Positions 36,730 to 46,183 are shown, counted from the first letter of the stretch. The stretch: 51,998 bases of DNA from an uncultured Oscillospiraceae bacterium (GCA_964541695.1 CAZIRB010000002.1:25465-77462); one strand, 5' to 3'. Translations and numbers: made by a program. Notes: generated by a model from the sequence alone, not told the origin.

Positions 36730-37617
36730 TTATATCAGCAGGCGCTTCGCGGCCGCGATGTCGCGTAAGACGCGCTTTGCCAGAGCCTCCTCGGAACCGA
36801 ACGTTTTCTCGCCGCGGATGCGCGCGATAAAGTCCACGGTGAGCGTCTCCCCGTACAGGTCGCGGTCAAAATCGAGAAGGTGCGTCTCGATCATGAGCCG
36901 CCGCCCATGCAGCGTCGGGTTCGTGCCGACGTTCGTGACCGCGCGGTACGTCGTGCCGTCCACGCTCGCGCGCGCCGCGTACACGCCCGCCACGGGGCAG
37001 GCGCGCGCGGGGTCCGGCAAAAGGTTTGCGGTCGGGAAACCGAGCCGCCTGCCGTTTTGCAGGTTCGGAACGACCGTGCCGGATACGCGGTACGGCCGCC
37101 CGAGCATCCTGGCCGCGGCGCGCACGGCGCCGTTTTCGATGCAGCGGCGGATGCGCGAGCTCGACACCGGCCTGCCGCGAAACAGCACCGGCTGCATCAC
37201 GCGCACGAGAAAGCCGCGCTCGCGGCCGATGGCGCGCAGCGTCGCGGCGTTGCCCGCGCCGTGCTTGCCGAACGTGTAGTTGAAGCCCGCCACGACGCCG
37301 ACGAGCGTAAACCGCGCGGTAAGCGCGTCGAAAAACGCGCTGGGGCTTAAGGACGCAAACTCCTTTGTAAACGGCACGGCGCAAACCTCGTCGACGCCGG
37401 CCGCAAGGATCAGCTTTTCGCGCTCGGAAAACGTCGTCAAAAGCGTCAGCCTGCCGCCGCCGAGCACCTCGACGGGGTGGTTGGAAAACGTAAACGCGAC
37501 GGCGCGGCAGCGCTCGCGCTGCGCCAGTTCCCGCGCGCGCCTTAGCAGCAGTTGGTGTCCGATATGGACGCCGTCGAACATGCCGAGCGCGACGACGGCT
37601 CTCTCCCGTTCTTGCAT
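36730..37617 (-). CDS. ribF: Bifunctional riboflavin kinase / FMN adenylyltransferase
   Basis: 295 aa with the nucleotidyltransferase motif GMFDGVHIGHQ and a C-terminal riboflavin kinase domain. Confidence 0.9.
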   Translation of the reverse strand: MQERERAVVALGMFDGVHIGHQLLLRRARELAQRERCRAVAFTFSNHPVEVLGGGRLTLLTTFSEREKLILAAGVDEVCAVPFTKEFASLSPSAFFDALTARFTLVGVVAGFNYTFGKHGAGNAATLRAIGRERGFLVRVMQPVLFRGRPVSSSRIRRCIENGAVRAAARMLGRPYRVSGTVVPNLQNGRRLGFPTANLLPDPARACPVAGVYAARASVDGTTYRAVTNVGTNPTLHGRRLMIETHLLDFDRDLYGETLTVDFIARIRGEKTFGSEEALAKRVLRDIAAAKRLLI

Positions 37618-37626
37618 GGATGTCCC

Positions 37627-38490
37627 TCAGTACAGATGGATTCTCAGCCGCACGCAGCCGTTTTTAACCTCGCCCACGCCCATAAACCCGCCGCAGTAGA
37701 CGCGCGCGGGCCCGTCGGCCGCGTCGACGCCGGACGTTTCGAGCGCGTTCATCGTCGGCACGCGGCGGCGCTTTTGCAGCGTGACCGCGGGCAGGAACAT
37801 AAGCGCGTCCTCGCACGAGATCACGGCCTCGGCGAGGGTTTCGTCAAGCTTCTTTTGCGCCAGCGCCGCGATGGAATGCGCGTTCTCGAGCGTAAACGGC
37901 CCGGCCGCCGTGCGCAAAAGAAACGACAGATGCGCGGGCACGCCGAGATAAAGGCCGATGTCGCGCGCGAGCGCGCGCACATAGGTGCCGCGCGAGCAGG
38001 AAACACGCAGAAGATAGCGGTTTTTGGCGAGCTGCTCGATCACGGTAAGCTCCGATATGGCGACGCTGCGCGTGCGCTCCGGCACCTCGCCGCCCTCGCG
38101 CGCAAGGTCGTACATCTTGCGGCCGTCCACCTTCAGCGCGGAATAGGCCGGTGCAAGCTGCTGCGTCTCGCCCGCAAAGCGCGGCAGAACCGCATGGAGC
38201 TCGTCCGGCGTAATGTCGCAGTCCGCCGTCCCGGTCACGGTGCCGTACGCGTCGAACGTGTCGGTCGAAACGCCGAGTATGAGCTCGAACAGGTACGTTT
38301 TTTCTTTCTCAACGAGCAGGTCAAACAGCCGCGCCGCCCGGCCGAGCGCAATCGGCAGCACGCCGGCCGCGCCCGGATCCAATGTGCCCAGGTGCCCCGC
38401 GCGCTTCTGGCCGAATATGCCGCGCACGTCGTACACGGCGTTGCTCGACGTCATGCCCGGCGCTTTGAGCACGTTGACGAAGCCGTCCAT
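37627..38490 (-). CDS. truB: tRNA pseudouridine(55) synthase TruB
   Basis: ORF trimmed to ATG 38490 (MDGFVNVLKAPGMTS). The catalytic Asp context is GHLGTLDPGAAG. Confidence 0.9.
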   Translation of the reverse strand: MDGFVNVLKAPGMTSSNAVYDVRGIFGQKRAGHLGTLDPGAAGVLPIALGRAARLFDLLVEKEKTYLFELILGVSTDTFDAYGTVTGTADCDITPDELHAVLPRFAGETQQLAPAYSALKVDGRKMYDLAREGGEVPERTRSVAISELTVIEQLAKNRYLLRVSCSRGTYVRALARDIGLYLGVPAHLSFLLRTAAGPFTLENAHSIAALAQKKLDETLAEAVISCEDALMFLPAVTLQKRRRVPTMNALETSGVDAADGPARVYCGGFMGVGEVKNGCVRLRIHLY

Positions 38491-39452
38491 CAGCCGTCCG
38501 CGCCCGTCAGCAGCGCCGTCGCCGCCGCGAGGATCGCGTCTGCGGCCTCGGGCAGCGGGCAACTGAGCGTACAGCCGGCCGCGAGCCGATGCCCGCCGCC
38601 GCCGAAGCGCGTCGCAATCTTCGACACGTCGGCCGAGCGCTTGGCGCGCAGGCTGACGCGCACGGAGCGGTCCTCCGCCTCGCGCAGCAGCGCCGCGATC
38701 TCCACGGTGTCGATGTCGCGGATGGAATCGACCGCGCCCTCCGTGTCCTCGCCCAGAGCGCCGCAGCTCTCCATGTCCTCGCGCGTCAGCGCGGAGATGC
38801 CGATCCGGCCGTTTAAGTAAATCTGCGTCTTGTTGATGACGATGCCCAAAAGCTTCATTTTGTGCAGCGGAATCGTGCGGTAGATCGCGCGGTTGAGCTC
38901 CGGCAGGTCGATGCCCGATTCGAGCAGCTCCGCCACGATGCGCAGCGTGTCCGGCGTCGTGTTGGAATAGGCGAGGTTGCCGGTGTCGGTCACGATCGCC
39001 GCGTACAGGCAGGCCGCGATCTCGCGGTCGATCGGCACCTTAAGCTCCAGCAGGAGCTGGAATATCAGCTCGCCGGTCGCCGCGACGTAGGCGACAAAGT
39101 TGTTTTTGAGGAACGCGTCGTTTGTGCGGTGGTGGTCGATGTTGAGCGAAAACTGCGCCGCGTCGACCAGCGGTTTGCTGGCGCCGGTGCGGGCAATGTC
39201 CGCGCAGTCGACCGTGACCACGGCCGGGGCCGAGGCCACCTTGTCCGGCGTGCGGATCACGTCCGCGTACGGCAAAAAGCGGTAGATCGCGGGCACGGGG
39301 TCCTCACAGACCACCGTGGCGCGCTTGCCGAGCTTACGAAGGCCCGCGTACAGCGCCAGGGACGAGCCCAGCGTGTCGCCGTCGGGCGAAACATGGGCGA
39401 TCAGCACGAAATCGTCGTGCGCGCGGATAAAATCCGCCGCGGCGTTCAGCAT
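38490..39452 (-). CDS. nrnA: DHH-family bifunctional oligoribonuclease / pAp phosphatase NrnA
   Basis: 320 aa with DHH motifs HVSPDGDTLGS and NIDHH, and DHHA1 GGGH. Confidence 0.85.
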   Translation of the reverse strand: MLNAAADFIRAHDDFVLIAHVSPDGDTLGSSLALYAGLRKLGKRATVVCEDPVPAIYRFLPYADVIRTPDKVASAPAVVTVDCADIARTGASKPLVDAAQFSLNIDHHRTNDAFLKNNFVAYVAATGELIFQLLLELKVPIDREIAACLYAAIVTDTGNLAYSNTTPDTLRIVAELLESGIDLPELNRAIYRTIPLHKMKLLGIVINKTQIYLNGRIGISALTREDMESCGALGEDTEGAVDSIRDIDTVEIAALLREAEDRSVRVSLRAKRSADVSKIATRFGGGGHRLAAGCTLSCPLPEAADAILAAATALLTGADG

Positions 39453-39457
39453 GGCCC

Positions 39458-39814
39458 TCAGCTCTCCTTGTCCTGCTGCAGGTCGTTTAAAATCTTCCCG
39501 ATGCGCACGCTGTACGCGATGGAGTTGTCCAGTGAGAATTTCAGCTGCGGGATGCAGCGGATGCGCATGCGTCCGCCCAGCTCGCGCGCGATAAAGCCCG
39601 CCGCATGGTTGAGCGCGTCCACCGTGCGCTCGCGCGCGGACTCGTCCTCGTCGTACACGGACACCTTCAGCTTGGCGAATTTTAAGTCGTTCGTAACCTC
39701 CGCCTGCGTGATCGTCGTCATGTCCGAAATGCGCGGGTCCTTCATGTCTCGGATGATCTCGGCGACGGTCTTTTTGACCTCCTCGTTCATCCGGTCTCCC
39801 CGTATCAAAGACAT
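39458..39814 (-). CDS. rbfA: Ribosome-binding factor A
   Basis: 118 aa, RMNEEVKKTVAEIIRDMKDPRI. Conserved position after infB. Confidence 0.9.
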   Translation of the reverse strand: MSLIRGDRMNEEVKKTVAEIIRDMKDPRISDMTTITQAEVTNDLKFAKLKVSVYDEDESARERTVDALNHAAGFIARELGGRMRIRCIPQLKFSLDNSIAYSVRIGKILNDLQQDKES

Positions 39815-39820
39815 CTTTCC

Positions 39821-42652
39821 TTACCTTTTCACTTCCTCAACGATATAGGCTTCGATCGAGTCGCCCTCCTGAATATCGTTGAATCCCTCGATGCCGATGC
39901 CGCACTCGTAGCCCGCGGCGACCTCCTTGGCATCGTCCTTAAACCGCTTGAGCGAGGCGATCTTGCCGTCGTGGACGACGATGCCGCCGCGCACGACGCG
40001 CACCTGCGCGTTTCTCGCGATCTTGCCTTCCTGCACGTACGAGCCCGCGATCGTGCCCACGCCGGACACCTTGAACACGTTGCGCACGGAGGCCGTGCCG
40101 AGTTCCGTCTCTTTAAACACGGGCTTGAACAGGCCCTTCATGGCGTTCTGCACGTCCTCGATGGCGTTGTAGATGATGCGGTACGTGCGCACGTCGACGT
40201 TCTCTTTCTCGGCCATGGCGCGCGCGCTCGCGTCCGGACGCACGTTGAAGCCGATCACGATCGCGTTCGACGCGGAGGCGAACATGATGTCCGACCCCGT
40301 GATCGCGCCCACGCCGCCGTGGATGCACTTGACGCGGACCTCCTCGTTGCTCAGCTTCTCGAGCGCCTGCTTGACGGCCTCGACGGAGCCCTGAACGTCC
40401 GCCTTGACGATGATATTCAGGTCCTTCAGCTCGCCCTCGGCCATCTGCGTGAACAGATCGTCGAGCGAAACGCGCGACAGGTTCTTAAGCTGCGACACCT
40501 TGATCTTGTCGAGCCGCTCCTTGGCGACCTGGCGCGAGAGCTTGTCGATCTCGGCCACGTTCATGATGTCGCCCGCGACCGGGACCTCCGAAAAGCCCAG
40601 CACCTCGACCGGCATGGACGGGCCGGCTTCCTCGACCGCGCGGCCGCGGTCGTCCGTCATCGCGCGGACACGGCCGTACGTCGTGCCGGCGACGATCGGG
40701 TCGCCGCGGTGCAGCGTGCCGTTTTGGATCAGCACCGTAGCGATCGGGCCGCGGCCCTTGTCCAGGCGCGCCTCGACGATGGTGCCCTTGGCGAGACGGT
40801 TCGGGTTTGCGCGCAGCTCAAGCACGTCGGCCTGCAACAGCAGCATCTCGAGCAGCGTGTCGAGGTTGAGATGCGTCTTGGCCGAGACCGGCACGCAGAT
40901 CGTCTGGCCGCCCCATTCCTCCGCGACGAGCCCGTACTCCGTCAATTGCTGCTTGACGCGCTCCGGATCCGCCTCCGGCCGGTCCATCTTGTTGATTGCG
41001 ACGACGATGGGCACGTTCGCGGCCTTGGCGTGGTTGATCGCCTCGACGGTCTGCGGCATGATGCCGTCGTCCGCGGCGACGACGAGGATGACGATGTCCG
41101 TTACCTGCGCGCCGCGCGCGCGCATCGATGTGAACGCCTCGTGGCCGGGCGTGTCGATGAACGTGATCGTCCGGCCGTTCTTCTGGACGGTGTAGGCGCC
41201 GATGTGCTGCGTGATGCCGCCCGCCTCGCCCTCCGTGACGGAGCTGTTGCGGATTGCGTCGAGCAGCGAGGTCTTGCCGTGGTCGACGTGGCCCATGATC
41301 GTGACCACGGGCGGACGGATGACGAGCGTCTCCGGCGCGTCGGTGTCGTCGCTGCTTTCGGTGAGCACGTCCTCGTAAGTTTTCGTCAGCTTCTGCTCGA
41401 GCCCGATGCCGAAATCGGAGGCAATGACCGCGCAGGTGTCGAAATCGAGCTCCTGGTTGATCGTGGCCATGATGCCGAGCAGGAACAGCTTCTTGATGAT
41501 CTGCGCGGCGGGCTTGCCGAGCTTCTCGGACAGGTCCTTGACGGAGATCATCTCGGTCGTGAGCACGGCCTTTTCGATGATGACGGGCTCGGGCCTTGCC
41601 ATCATCTGCTTCGCCTTGCGCGGACGGCGGGAGCCGGTCGGCGCGTCCTCGTCCCAGGCGCGCGCGTCGGGCGCGGTCTCGCGCTGCAGCGCTTTCTTGT
41701 TCTTCGACTTCTTGTCGTTATCGTAGGTGCGCGTATAGCTGCTCTTGTTCGGATCGTAATTGCTCACGCGCTCCTTCGTGCCGGCTGCCGGCGCTGCGGC
41801 CGGCGTGCGCGGCGCGCCGCCCGGCGCTCGCGGCGCAAACCCGCCCTGCGGGCGCGGCGCAAAGCCTCCCGTTTGCGGACGCGGCGCATAGCCGCCCTGC
41901 TGCGGGCGCGGGCCGTAGCCGCCCTGCTGCGGACGCTGCTGGTAGCCGCCCTGCTGCGGGCGCGGCGCATAGCCGCCCTGCTGCGGACGCGGACCGTAAC
42001 CGCCCTGCTGCTGCGGACGCTGCTGGTAACCGCCCTGCTGGGGCGGGCGCGGCGCATAGCCGCCCTGCTGCGGACGCTGTTGGTAGCCGCCCTGCTGCGG
42101 CGGACGCGGGGCATAGCCGCCGGGTTCGCGCGGCGCGTTCGGCCTGCGGTCGGGCGTCTGCTGAATGGGGCGCGCCTCATAGCCGCCCCGCTGCGGCGCG
42201 GACGGCTTTGCCTCAGGCTTGACCTCGGCTTTCACCTCGGGCTTTGGCGCTGCCTCCTCGGCAGCCTTCGGCTCCGCAGCCTCCGGCCGTTCCTGCGCCT
42301 GCGGCTGGGCGGTCTTAACCTCGGGCTCCGCCCGGTGCACGACCTGCGGCTCCGGCTCGGGCGCCTTGACCTCCGCGGCGGGAGGCGCGGCCTCCTCGTC
42401 GCTGCCGCCGACATGCACGGCGCCGTCCTTTTCGGACAGCAGCATTTCGCGCAGCCGCTCCTGGCGCTCGCGCTCGATACGGGCCTTCCGCTCCGCTTCC
42501 TCCTTTTCGAGGAGCGTCTTTTCGGCGCTCTTGACCGCGGTAATCAGATCGGATACGCCCGAATGGGCCTTTCCGATCCGTTCCATGAGGCCGGCGAGGC
42601 CCTCGGTCAGCTCGGCGGAAGTCTCCGCAAAGTTCTTATTCGACATCAGCAT
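39821..42652 (-). CDS. infB: Translation initiation factor IF-2
   Basis: 943 aa with G-domain motifs [20 protein letters not shown] and NKMD. The alternative ATG at 42646 has better spacing to GGGGGT. Confidence 0.97.
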   Translation of the reverse strand: MLMSNKNFAETSAELTEGLAGLMERIGKAHSGVSDLITAVKSAEKTLLEKEEAERKARIERERQERLREMLLSEKDGAVHVGGSDEEAAPPAAEVKAPEPEPQVVHRAEPEVKTAQPQAQERPEAAEPKAAEEAAPKPEVKAEVKPEAKPSAPQRGGYEARPIQQTPDRRPNAPREPGGYAPRPPQQGGYQQRPQQGGYAPRPPQQGGYQQRPQQQGGYGPRPQQGGYAPRPQQGGYQQRPQQGGYGPRPQQGGYAPRPQTGGFAPRPQGGFAPRAPGGAPRTPAAAPAAGTKERVSNYDPNKSSYTRTYDNDKKSKNKKALQRETAPDARAWDEDAPTGSRRPRKAKQMMARPEPVIIEKAVLTTEMISVKDLSEKLGKPAAQIIKKLFLLGIMATINQELDFDTCAVIASDFGIGLEQKLTKTYEDVLTESSDDTDAPETLVIRPPVVTIMGHVDHGKTSLLDAIRNSSVTEGEAGGITQHIGAYTVQKNGRTITFIDTPGHEAFTSMRARGAQVTDIVILVVAADDGIMPQTVEAINHAKAANVPIVVAINKMDRPEADPERVKQQLTEYGLVAEEWGGQTICVPVSAKTHLNLDTLLEMLLLQADVLELRANPNRLAKGTIVEARLDKGRGPIATVLIQNGTLHRGDPIVAGTTYGRVRAMTDDRGRAVEEAGPSMPVEVLGFSEVPVAGDIMNVAEIDKLSRQVAKERLDKIKVSQLKNLSRVSLDDLFTQMAEGELKDLNIIVKADVQGSVEAVKQALEKLSNEEVRVKCIHGGVGAITGSDIMFASASNAIVIGFNVRPDASARAMAEKENVDVRTYRIIYNAIEDVQNAMKGLFKPVFKETELGTASVRNVFKVSGVGTIAGSYVQEGKIARNAQVRVVRGGIVVHDGKIASLKRFKDDAKEVAAGYECGIGIEGFNDIQEGDSIEAYIVEEVKR
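41819..42187 (-). repeat. Imperfect 27-nt (9-aa) tandem repeats encoding 12 GG(Y/F)xxRPQQ units in the IF-2 N-terminal region
   Basis: The DNA block agccgccctgctgcgg recurs with a ~27-nt period. The protein reads [26 protein letters not shown]...[18 protein letters not shown] (aa ~156-278). Confidence 0.85.
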
Positions 42653-42980
42653 CTACCCCCGGTGCAGCGCGCCCGGCCGTCAAAGCCGCGTACGCGCCGA
42701 TAATCATGTTCGCAAAGTTCTTATCCGTAATCGCAAGCACCATGCGGCCGTTTTTTCCGATCATGCCGCCCGCGTCGGGTACGAGTATCATGGGAACGCC
42801 GTGCGCGCGGCACGCGTCCGCGTATCGTTTCTTCGCGTTTTCGGCCGCCGCCGCGTCCAGCAGCACGAGCTGCGCCTTGCCCGCGCGGATCAGCTTTTCG
42901 ACGCAAAACGCGCCGGACGCGCATTTGCCCGCGCGCATGCTCAAGCCCACCGCGTTTCTCAGCTTATCCTGCGCCGACAA
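42636..42980 (-). CDS. ylxQ: L7Ae/L30e-family RNA-binding protein (YlxQ-like)
   Basis: 114 aa, [12 protein letters not shown]...[21 protein letters not shown] start at 42980 with an AAGAGG RBS. The 3' end overlaps the infB start by 17 nt. Confidence 0.75.
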   Translation of the reverse strand: MSAQDKLRNAVGLSMRAGKCASGAFCVEKLIRAGKAQLVLLDAAAAENAKKRYADACRAHGVPMILVPDAGGMIGKNGRMVLAITDKNFANMIIGAYAALTAGRAAPGVDADVE

Positions 42981-43236
42981 TCGAAAACGCCTCTTTCAGT
43001 TCCTCGATCAGCTCAGGCTCGATCTTCGCCTCGAGCGCACGCTCGAGCGCGCGCGTCTTGACGGCCTTGTTCAGGCAGTCCACGCTGCCGCACAGGTAGG
43101 CGCCGCGGCCGTTAGCCCGGCCGGTCCTGTCCCGCACGACGGGGCCTTCCGGCGTGCGCACGATGCGCACGAGCTCTTTTTTGGGGCGCATCTGGCGGCA
43201 GGCCACACACATGCGCATCGGAATCTTCTTCGGCAA
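42964..43236 (-). CDS. ylxR: YlxR family (DUF448, RnpM) RNA-binding protein
   Basis: 90 aa, IPMRMCVACRQMRPKKELVRIV. TTG start with an AGGGAG RBS. Conserved position after nusA. Confidence 0.85.
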   Translation of the reverse strand: MPKKIPMRMCVACRQMRPKKELVRIVRTPEGPVVRDRTGRANGRGAYLCGSVDCLNKAVKTRALERALEAKIEPELIEELKEAFSIVGAG

Positions 43237-43240
43237 GACG

Positions 43241-44326
43241 CTACTCCCTGTCCCTTCTGTCCGCGCCGGCGTCCAGGATCGACTCCATGGCCTCCTCGGC
43301 CTGCGACTGGTTCTTGATGTCGATCTTCCAGCCGGTCAGTTTCGCGGCAAGGCGCGCGTTCTGCCCCTCCTTGCCGATCGCCAGCGAAAGCTGGTTGTCC
43401 GGCACGATGACCTTGGCGGCCTTCTCCTCCTCGTTGATGTACACCATCAGCACCTTGGCCGGGCTGAGCGCCTTGGCGATGTACACGGCCGAGTCGGGGT
43501 CCCACTCGATGATGTCGATCTTCTCGTTGTGCAACTCGGCCACGATGCGCTCGACGCGCGAGCCGCGCTGGCCCACGCAAGCGCCGACCGCGTCGACCTG
43601 CATATCGGTCGAGTACACGGCGACCTTCGTGCGGAAGCCCGCCTCGCGTGCGATCGACTTGATCTGCACGACGCCGGACTGGATCTCCGGCACCTCGAGC
43701 TCGAACAGCCGCTTGACCAGGCCCGGGTGCGTGCGCGACACGACGACCTGCGGCCCTTTATTGTCCTTGCGCACCTCGAGCACGTACACCTTAATGCGGT
43801 CGTTGTTCTCGTACGTTTCGCCCGGAATCATCTCGTTGTTGGTCAGGATGCCGTCGGTCCGGCCGAGCTCGACGTACGCGTTGCCCTTTTCGACGCGCTG
43901 CACGATCGCGGTGAGGACCTCGTTCTCCTTCTCGACATACTCCTCGTAGATCACGCCGCGCTCGGCCTCGCGGATGCGCTGCACGACGACCTGCTTGGCC
44001 GTCTGCGCCGCGATGCGGCCGAAATCGCGCGTCTTGACCTCCTCCTCGAGCACGTCGCCGACCTCGTAGAGCGGATTGACGCGCTTGGCGTCCTCGAGCT
44101 GGATCTCGTTGTTCGGGTTCTCGACCGTTTCGACGACGGTCTTGCTCGCAAAAATCTGAATATCTCCGGTATCGGGATCGATCTCGGCGCGCACGTTCGC
44201 GTTCGACCCGTAATTGCGCTTATAGGCGGAAATCAGCGCGGCCTCGATGGCATGGATCAGGATATCCTTGTTGATGCCCCTCTCCTTTTCCAACGCGTTC
44301 AACGCTTCGATAAACGCAGCATTCAT
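43241..44326 (-). CDS. nusA: Transcription termination/antitermination factor NusA
   Basis: 361 aa with an N-terminal domain, S1 domain and two KH domains (LAIGKEGQNARLAAKLTGWKIDI). Confidence 0.97.
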   Translation of the reverse strand: MNAAFIEALNALEKERGINKDILIHAIEAALISAYKRNYGSNANVRAEIDPDTGDIQIFASKTVVETVENPNNEIQLEDAKRVNPLYEVGDVLEEEVKTRDFGRIAAQTAKQVVVQRIREAERGVIYEEYVEKENEVLTAIVQRVEKGNAYVELGRTDGILTNNEMIPGETYENNDRIKVYVLEVRKDNKGPQVVVSRTHPGLVKRLFELEVPEIQSGVVQIKSIAREAGFRTKVAVYSTDMQVDAVGACVGQRGSRVERIVAELHNEKIDIIEWDPDSAVYIAKALSPAKVLMVYINEEEKAAKVIVPDNQLSLAIGKEGQNARLAAKLTGWKIDIKNQSQAEEAMESILDAGADRRDRE

Positions 44327-44354
44327 GTGTTCAAACCACTCCTTCTCGCAAGAT

Positions 44355-44812
44355 TCAAAATACGATGTTCGGCTTGATCAAAGCGGCGTCCTTTTTCAGC
44401 ACGACGACCGGGTCGCTCTGCCCCGCCGGCCGAACGGTGAACGCGGCCCCGTCGAACGAGATCAGCTCGCCGACAAGCTCCTTCTTGCCGTTTTGCGGCG
44501 CGTAGAGCTTGACCACGATCTCCTTGCCGAGTTTCGCGTAAAATCCGCGTCCTTTTTCAGCGGCCGGTCCAGCCCCAGGCTGGAGACGGACAGGTAATAC
44601 GGCTGCCCGATCGGATCGGCCTCGTCCAAAATCGGGTCGACCCTGCGGCTCACGCGCTCGCAGTCGTCGATCGAAACGCCCTCCGGCCGGTCGATATACA
44701 GCGTCAGCACCCAGTTGCCGTACTCCTTCACAAACTCCACGTCGTAGAGCGTAAAGCCGAGTTCCTCCACGGCCGGGCGCGCGAGCGCGGCAACCGTTTC
44801 CGTCGTTTTCAA
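44355..44812 (-). pseudogene. rimP: Ribosome maturation factor RimP, interrupted by a 1-nt frameshift at 44540..44543. This could be a true pseudogene, recoding, or a homopolymer assembly error.
   Basis: The N-terminal part lies in the frame of ORF 44462..44875, from TTG 44812 with GGAGGA 7 nt upstream: (M)KTTETVAALARPAVEELGFTLYDVEFVKE...SVSSLGLDRPLKKDADF. The C-terminal part lies in the frame of ORF 44355..45017: YAKLGKEIVVKLYAPQNGKKELVGELISFDG.... The two frames join at GAT TTT(T) AC. One extra T would restore a ~152-aa RimP. Confidence 0.8.
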
Positions 44813-44831
44813 GTGTAAATCCTCCGCTTTC

Positions 44832-44860
44832 AAAACGAAAGAGTGGGTTTTTCCCACTCT
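44832..44860 (-). terminator. Terminator-like leader hairpin upstream of rimP
   Basis: The minus strand reads AGAGTGGG-aaaaa-CCCACTCT followed by TTCGTTTT. It lies between the predicted promoter and the rimP RBS. Confidence 0.5.
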
Positions 44861-44890
44861 CCCCGTCAACTTCACAACACCAACAGCATG

Positions 44891-44919
44891 ATTTTAGCAC
44901 AAAAAAAGCGGGAATGCAA
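44891..44919 (-). promoter_or_regulatory. Putative sigma-A promoter of the rimP-nusA-infB operon
   Basis: The minus strand reads TTGCAT, 17 nt, TAAAAT with a TGc extended -10. Confidence 0.55.
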
Positions 44920-45082
44920 GCAAAAATGCGGACGGCAATCGCGGGTCGCGGCCGTTTTCGGCGTCGGCGCGGGGAACGATCTCGTAAGGATCGATTTTCA
45001 GTGGTGCCGGTTACCAATGGTATCCATCCCCGTAGTATCCGTTCCCTCGGCGCCCGCCGGCGCGCCGGCCTTCCACCGAGCT

Positions 45083-46165
45083 TTACCGCGCCGCCGGCCG
45101 CGTTCTGCCGCGATCGCCGGGCACGACGCAGAAGCTCCAGCGGTCGCGCTTGTCCTGGATCGAAAGCAGCACGTCACCCGTGTCCGGGAGTATGGCGGAC
45201 TTGTAGACGGACTTACTGTTCTCCCGGATATTGGACGGGATATTCAGCTCCTCCTCCAGCACCCAGTCGGCGTCCGGCCGCTCCGCGCGCGCCCAGAAGA
45301 TTTTGTTGGGGCCCGCGTTTTCCAGGGTGCGGAGCATAAACAATCCGACCAGCCCGCCCGCTTTATCGGCGATCGGTTTGGGATCGTACTTGTCGTACCC
45401 GTCCGCCGCGGCGACCGCGATATGCCAAATCGTCATGTTTTCCGGGATGCCGACGCACCGCAGCACGCGGTCAAAATTCCAGTCCGTCGGCGTTTTCCCG
45501 CGCGAAAGGAGGATGTCGCCGCCGCACTCCGTGGTCAAACGCACATGATAAAAATAATATTCCCCGCCGGACCGGATGATCGCCGGCGATATTAAGGAAT
45601 CCTCAACCGAAGCGACGACCTTCTCGGCCGGCGTCCAGCCCGCGCCGTCCGCGGAAGACCGACAGTAGATCGTTTTACTGTTGGAGCCGTCCGTATAGAT
45701 CGAATCGCGGTAGAACACGTACAGGCGTTCGCCGTCGGCGAAAAGAAACGGGTCGGAGAGGAAGTTGCCGAGCTTCTTTATTTTGGAATAGGAGAGCGGA
45801 TTGCCGCGAATTCCGCGCATTGAAAATATGCTGTCCCCAAAATACACGCAGGGGTTTTCATAGGCGTCGACCGAATATGGGTACGGAGAAAGCACCATCC
45901 AGTACTTGTCCCTCCACACCGTGACGTCCGGATGCACGGCCTGCGACGACCCGTCGTACGTTTGGAAATACACGCGCGGGATGCCGTCCTTTTTTGCGTC
46001 ACGGCGGTTAAAAAAGGCGACCGCGCGCGCCAGCGGCTTGGGAACGGGGACCTTGAACAGCCCGTAAAACATGTAGTAATAGTACCGGATCAGGTTCTCG
46101 TACTTGCTGGCGATTCGCTGCCGCCTTGCCGTATCCATCCGCCGTCGCAATAATTTTCCCCCCAA
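45083..46165 (-). CDS. Hypothetical protein, possibly with a beta-propeller / glycoside-hydrolase-like fold
   Basis: 360-aa ORF. The TTG at 46165 has in-frame alternatives: TTG at 46150 with a GGGGGGA RBS, or ATG at 46138. No TM segment or signal peptide is seen. Motifs by eye: AVHPDVTVW, YWMVLSPYPYS, YENP, LSDPFLF, SADGAGW. No family is confidently recognised. Confidence 0.6.
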   Translation of the reverse strand: MGGKLLRRRMDTARRQRIASKYENLIRYYYYMFYGLFKVPVPKPLARAVAFFNRRDAKKDGIPRVYFQTYDGSSQAVHPDVTVWRDKYWMVLSPYPYSVDAYENPCVYFGDSIFSMRGIRGNPLSYSKIKKLGNFLSDPFLFADGERLYVFYRDSIYTDGSNSKTIYCRSSADGAGWTPAEKVVASVEDSLISPAIIRSGGEYYFYHVRLTTECGGDILLSRGKTPTDWNFDRVLRCVGIPENMTIWHIAVAAADGYDKYDPKPIADKAGGLVGLFMLRTLENAGPNKIFWARAERPDADWVLEEELNIPSNIRENSKSVYKSAILPDTGDVLLSIQDKRDRWSFCVVPGDRGRTRPAAR

Positions 46166-46183
46166 TATATCGTGCGGACGGCG

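Noticed and set aside
39971-42703. A 910-aa plus-strand ORF, along with many other long plus-strand ORFs such as 941..1966, 9650..10873, 17460..18551, 35010..36365, 37552..38820, 43154..44377, 46717..48138 and 49587..50960
   Set aside because: All lie antisense to confidently identified minus-strand genes. Their translations are Arg/Ala/Leu/Gly-rich low-complexity sequences with no recognisable motifs. They are the expected stop-codon-poor shadow frames of GC-rich DNA.
44813-45017. The N-terminal ~130 aa of ORF 44355..45017 as a real 220-aa protein
   Set aside because: Upstream of the frameshift site this frame gives an Arg/Pro-rich nonsense translation and runs through the promoter and terminator region. 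Only its last ~60 aa match RimP.
45056-45069. A 14-bp GC palindrome, GCCGGCGCGCCGGC, just after the orphan gene
   Set aside because: It is too short, has no loop and no U-tract. Such GC palindromes are expected by chance in this composition.
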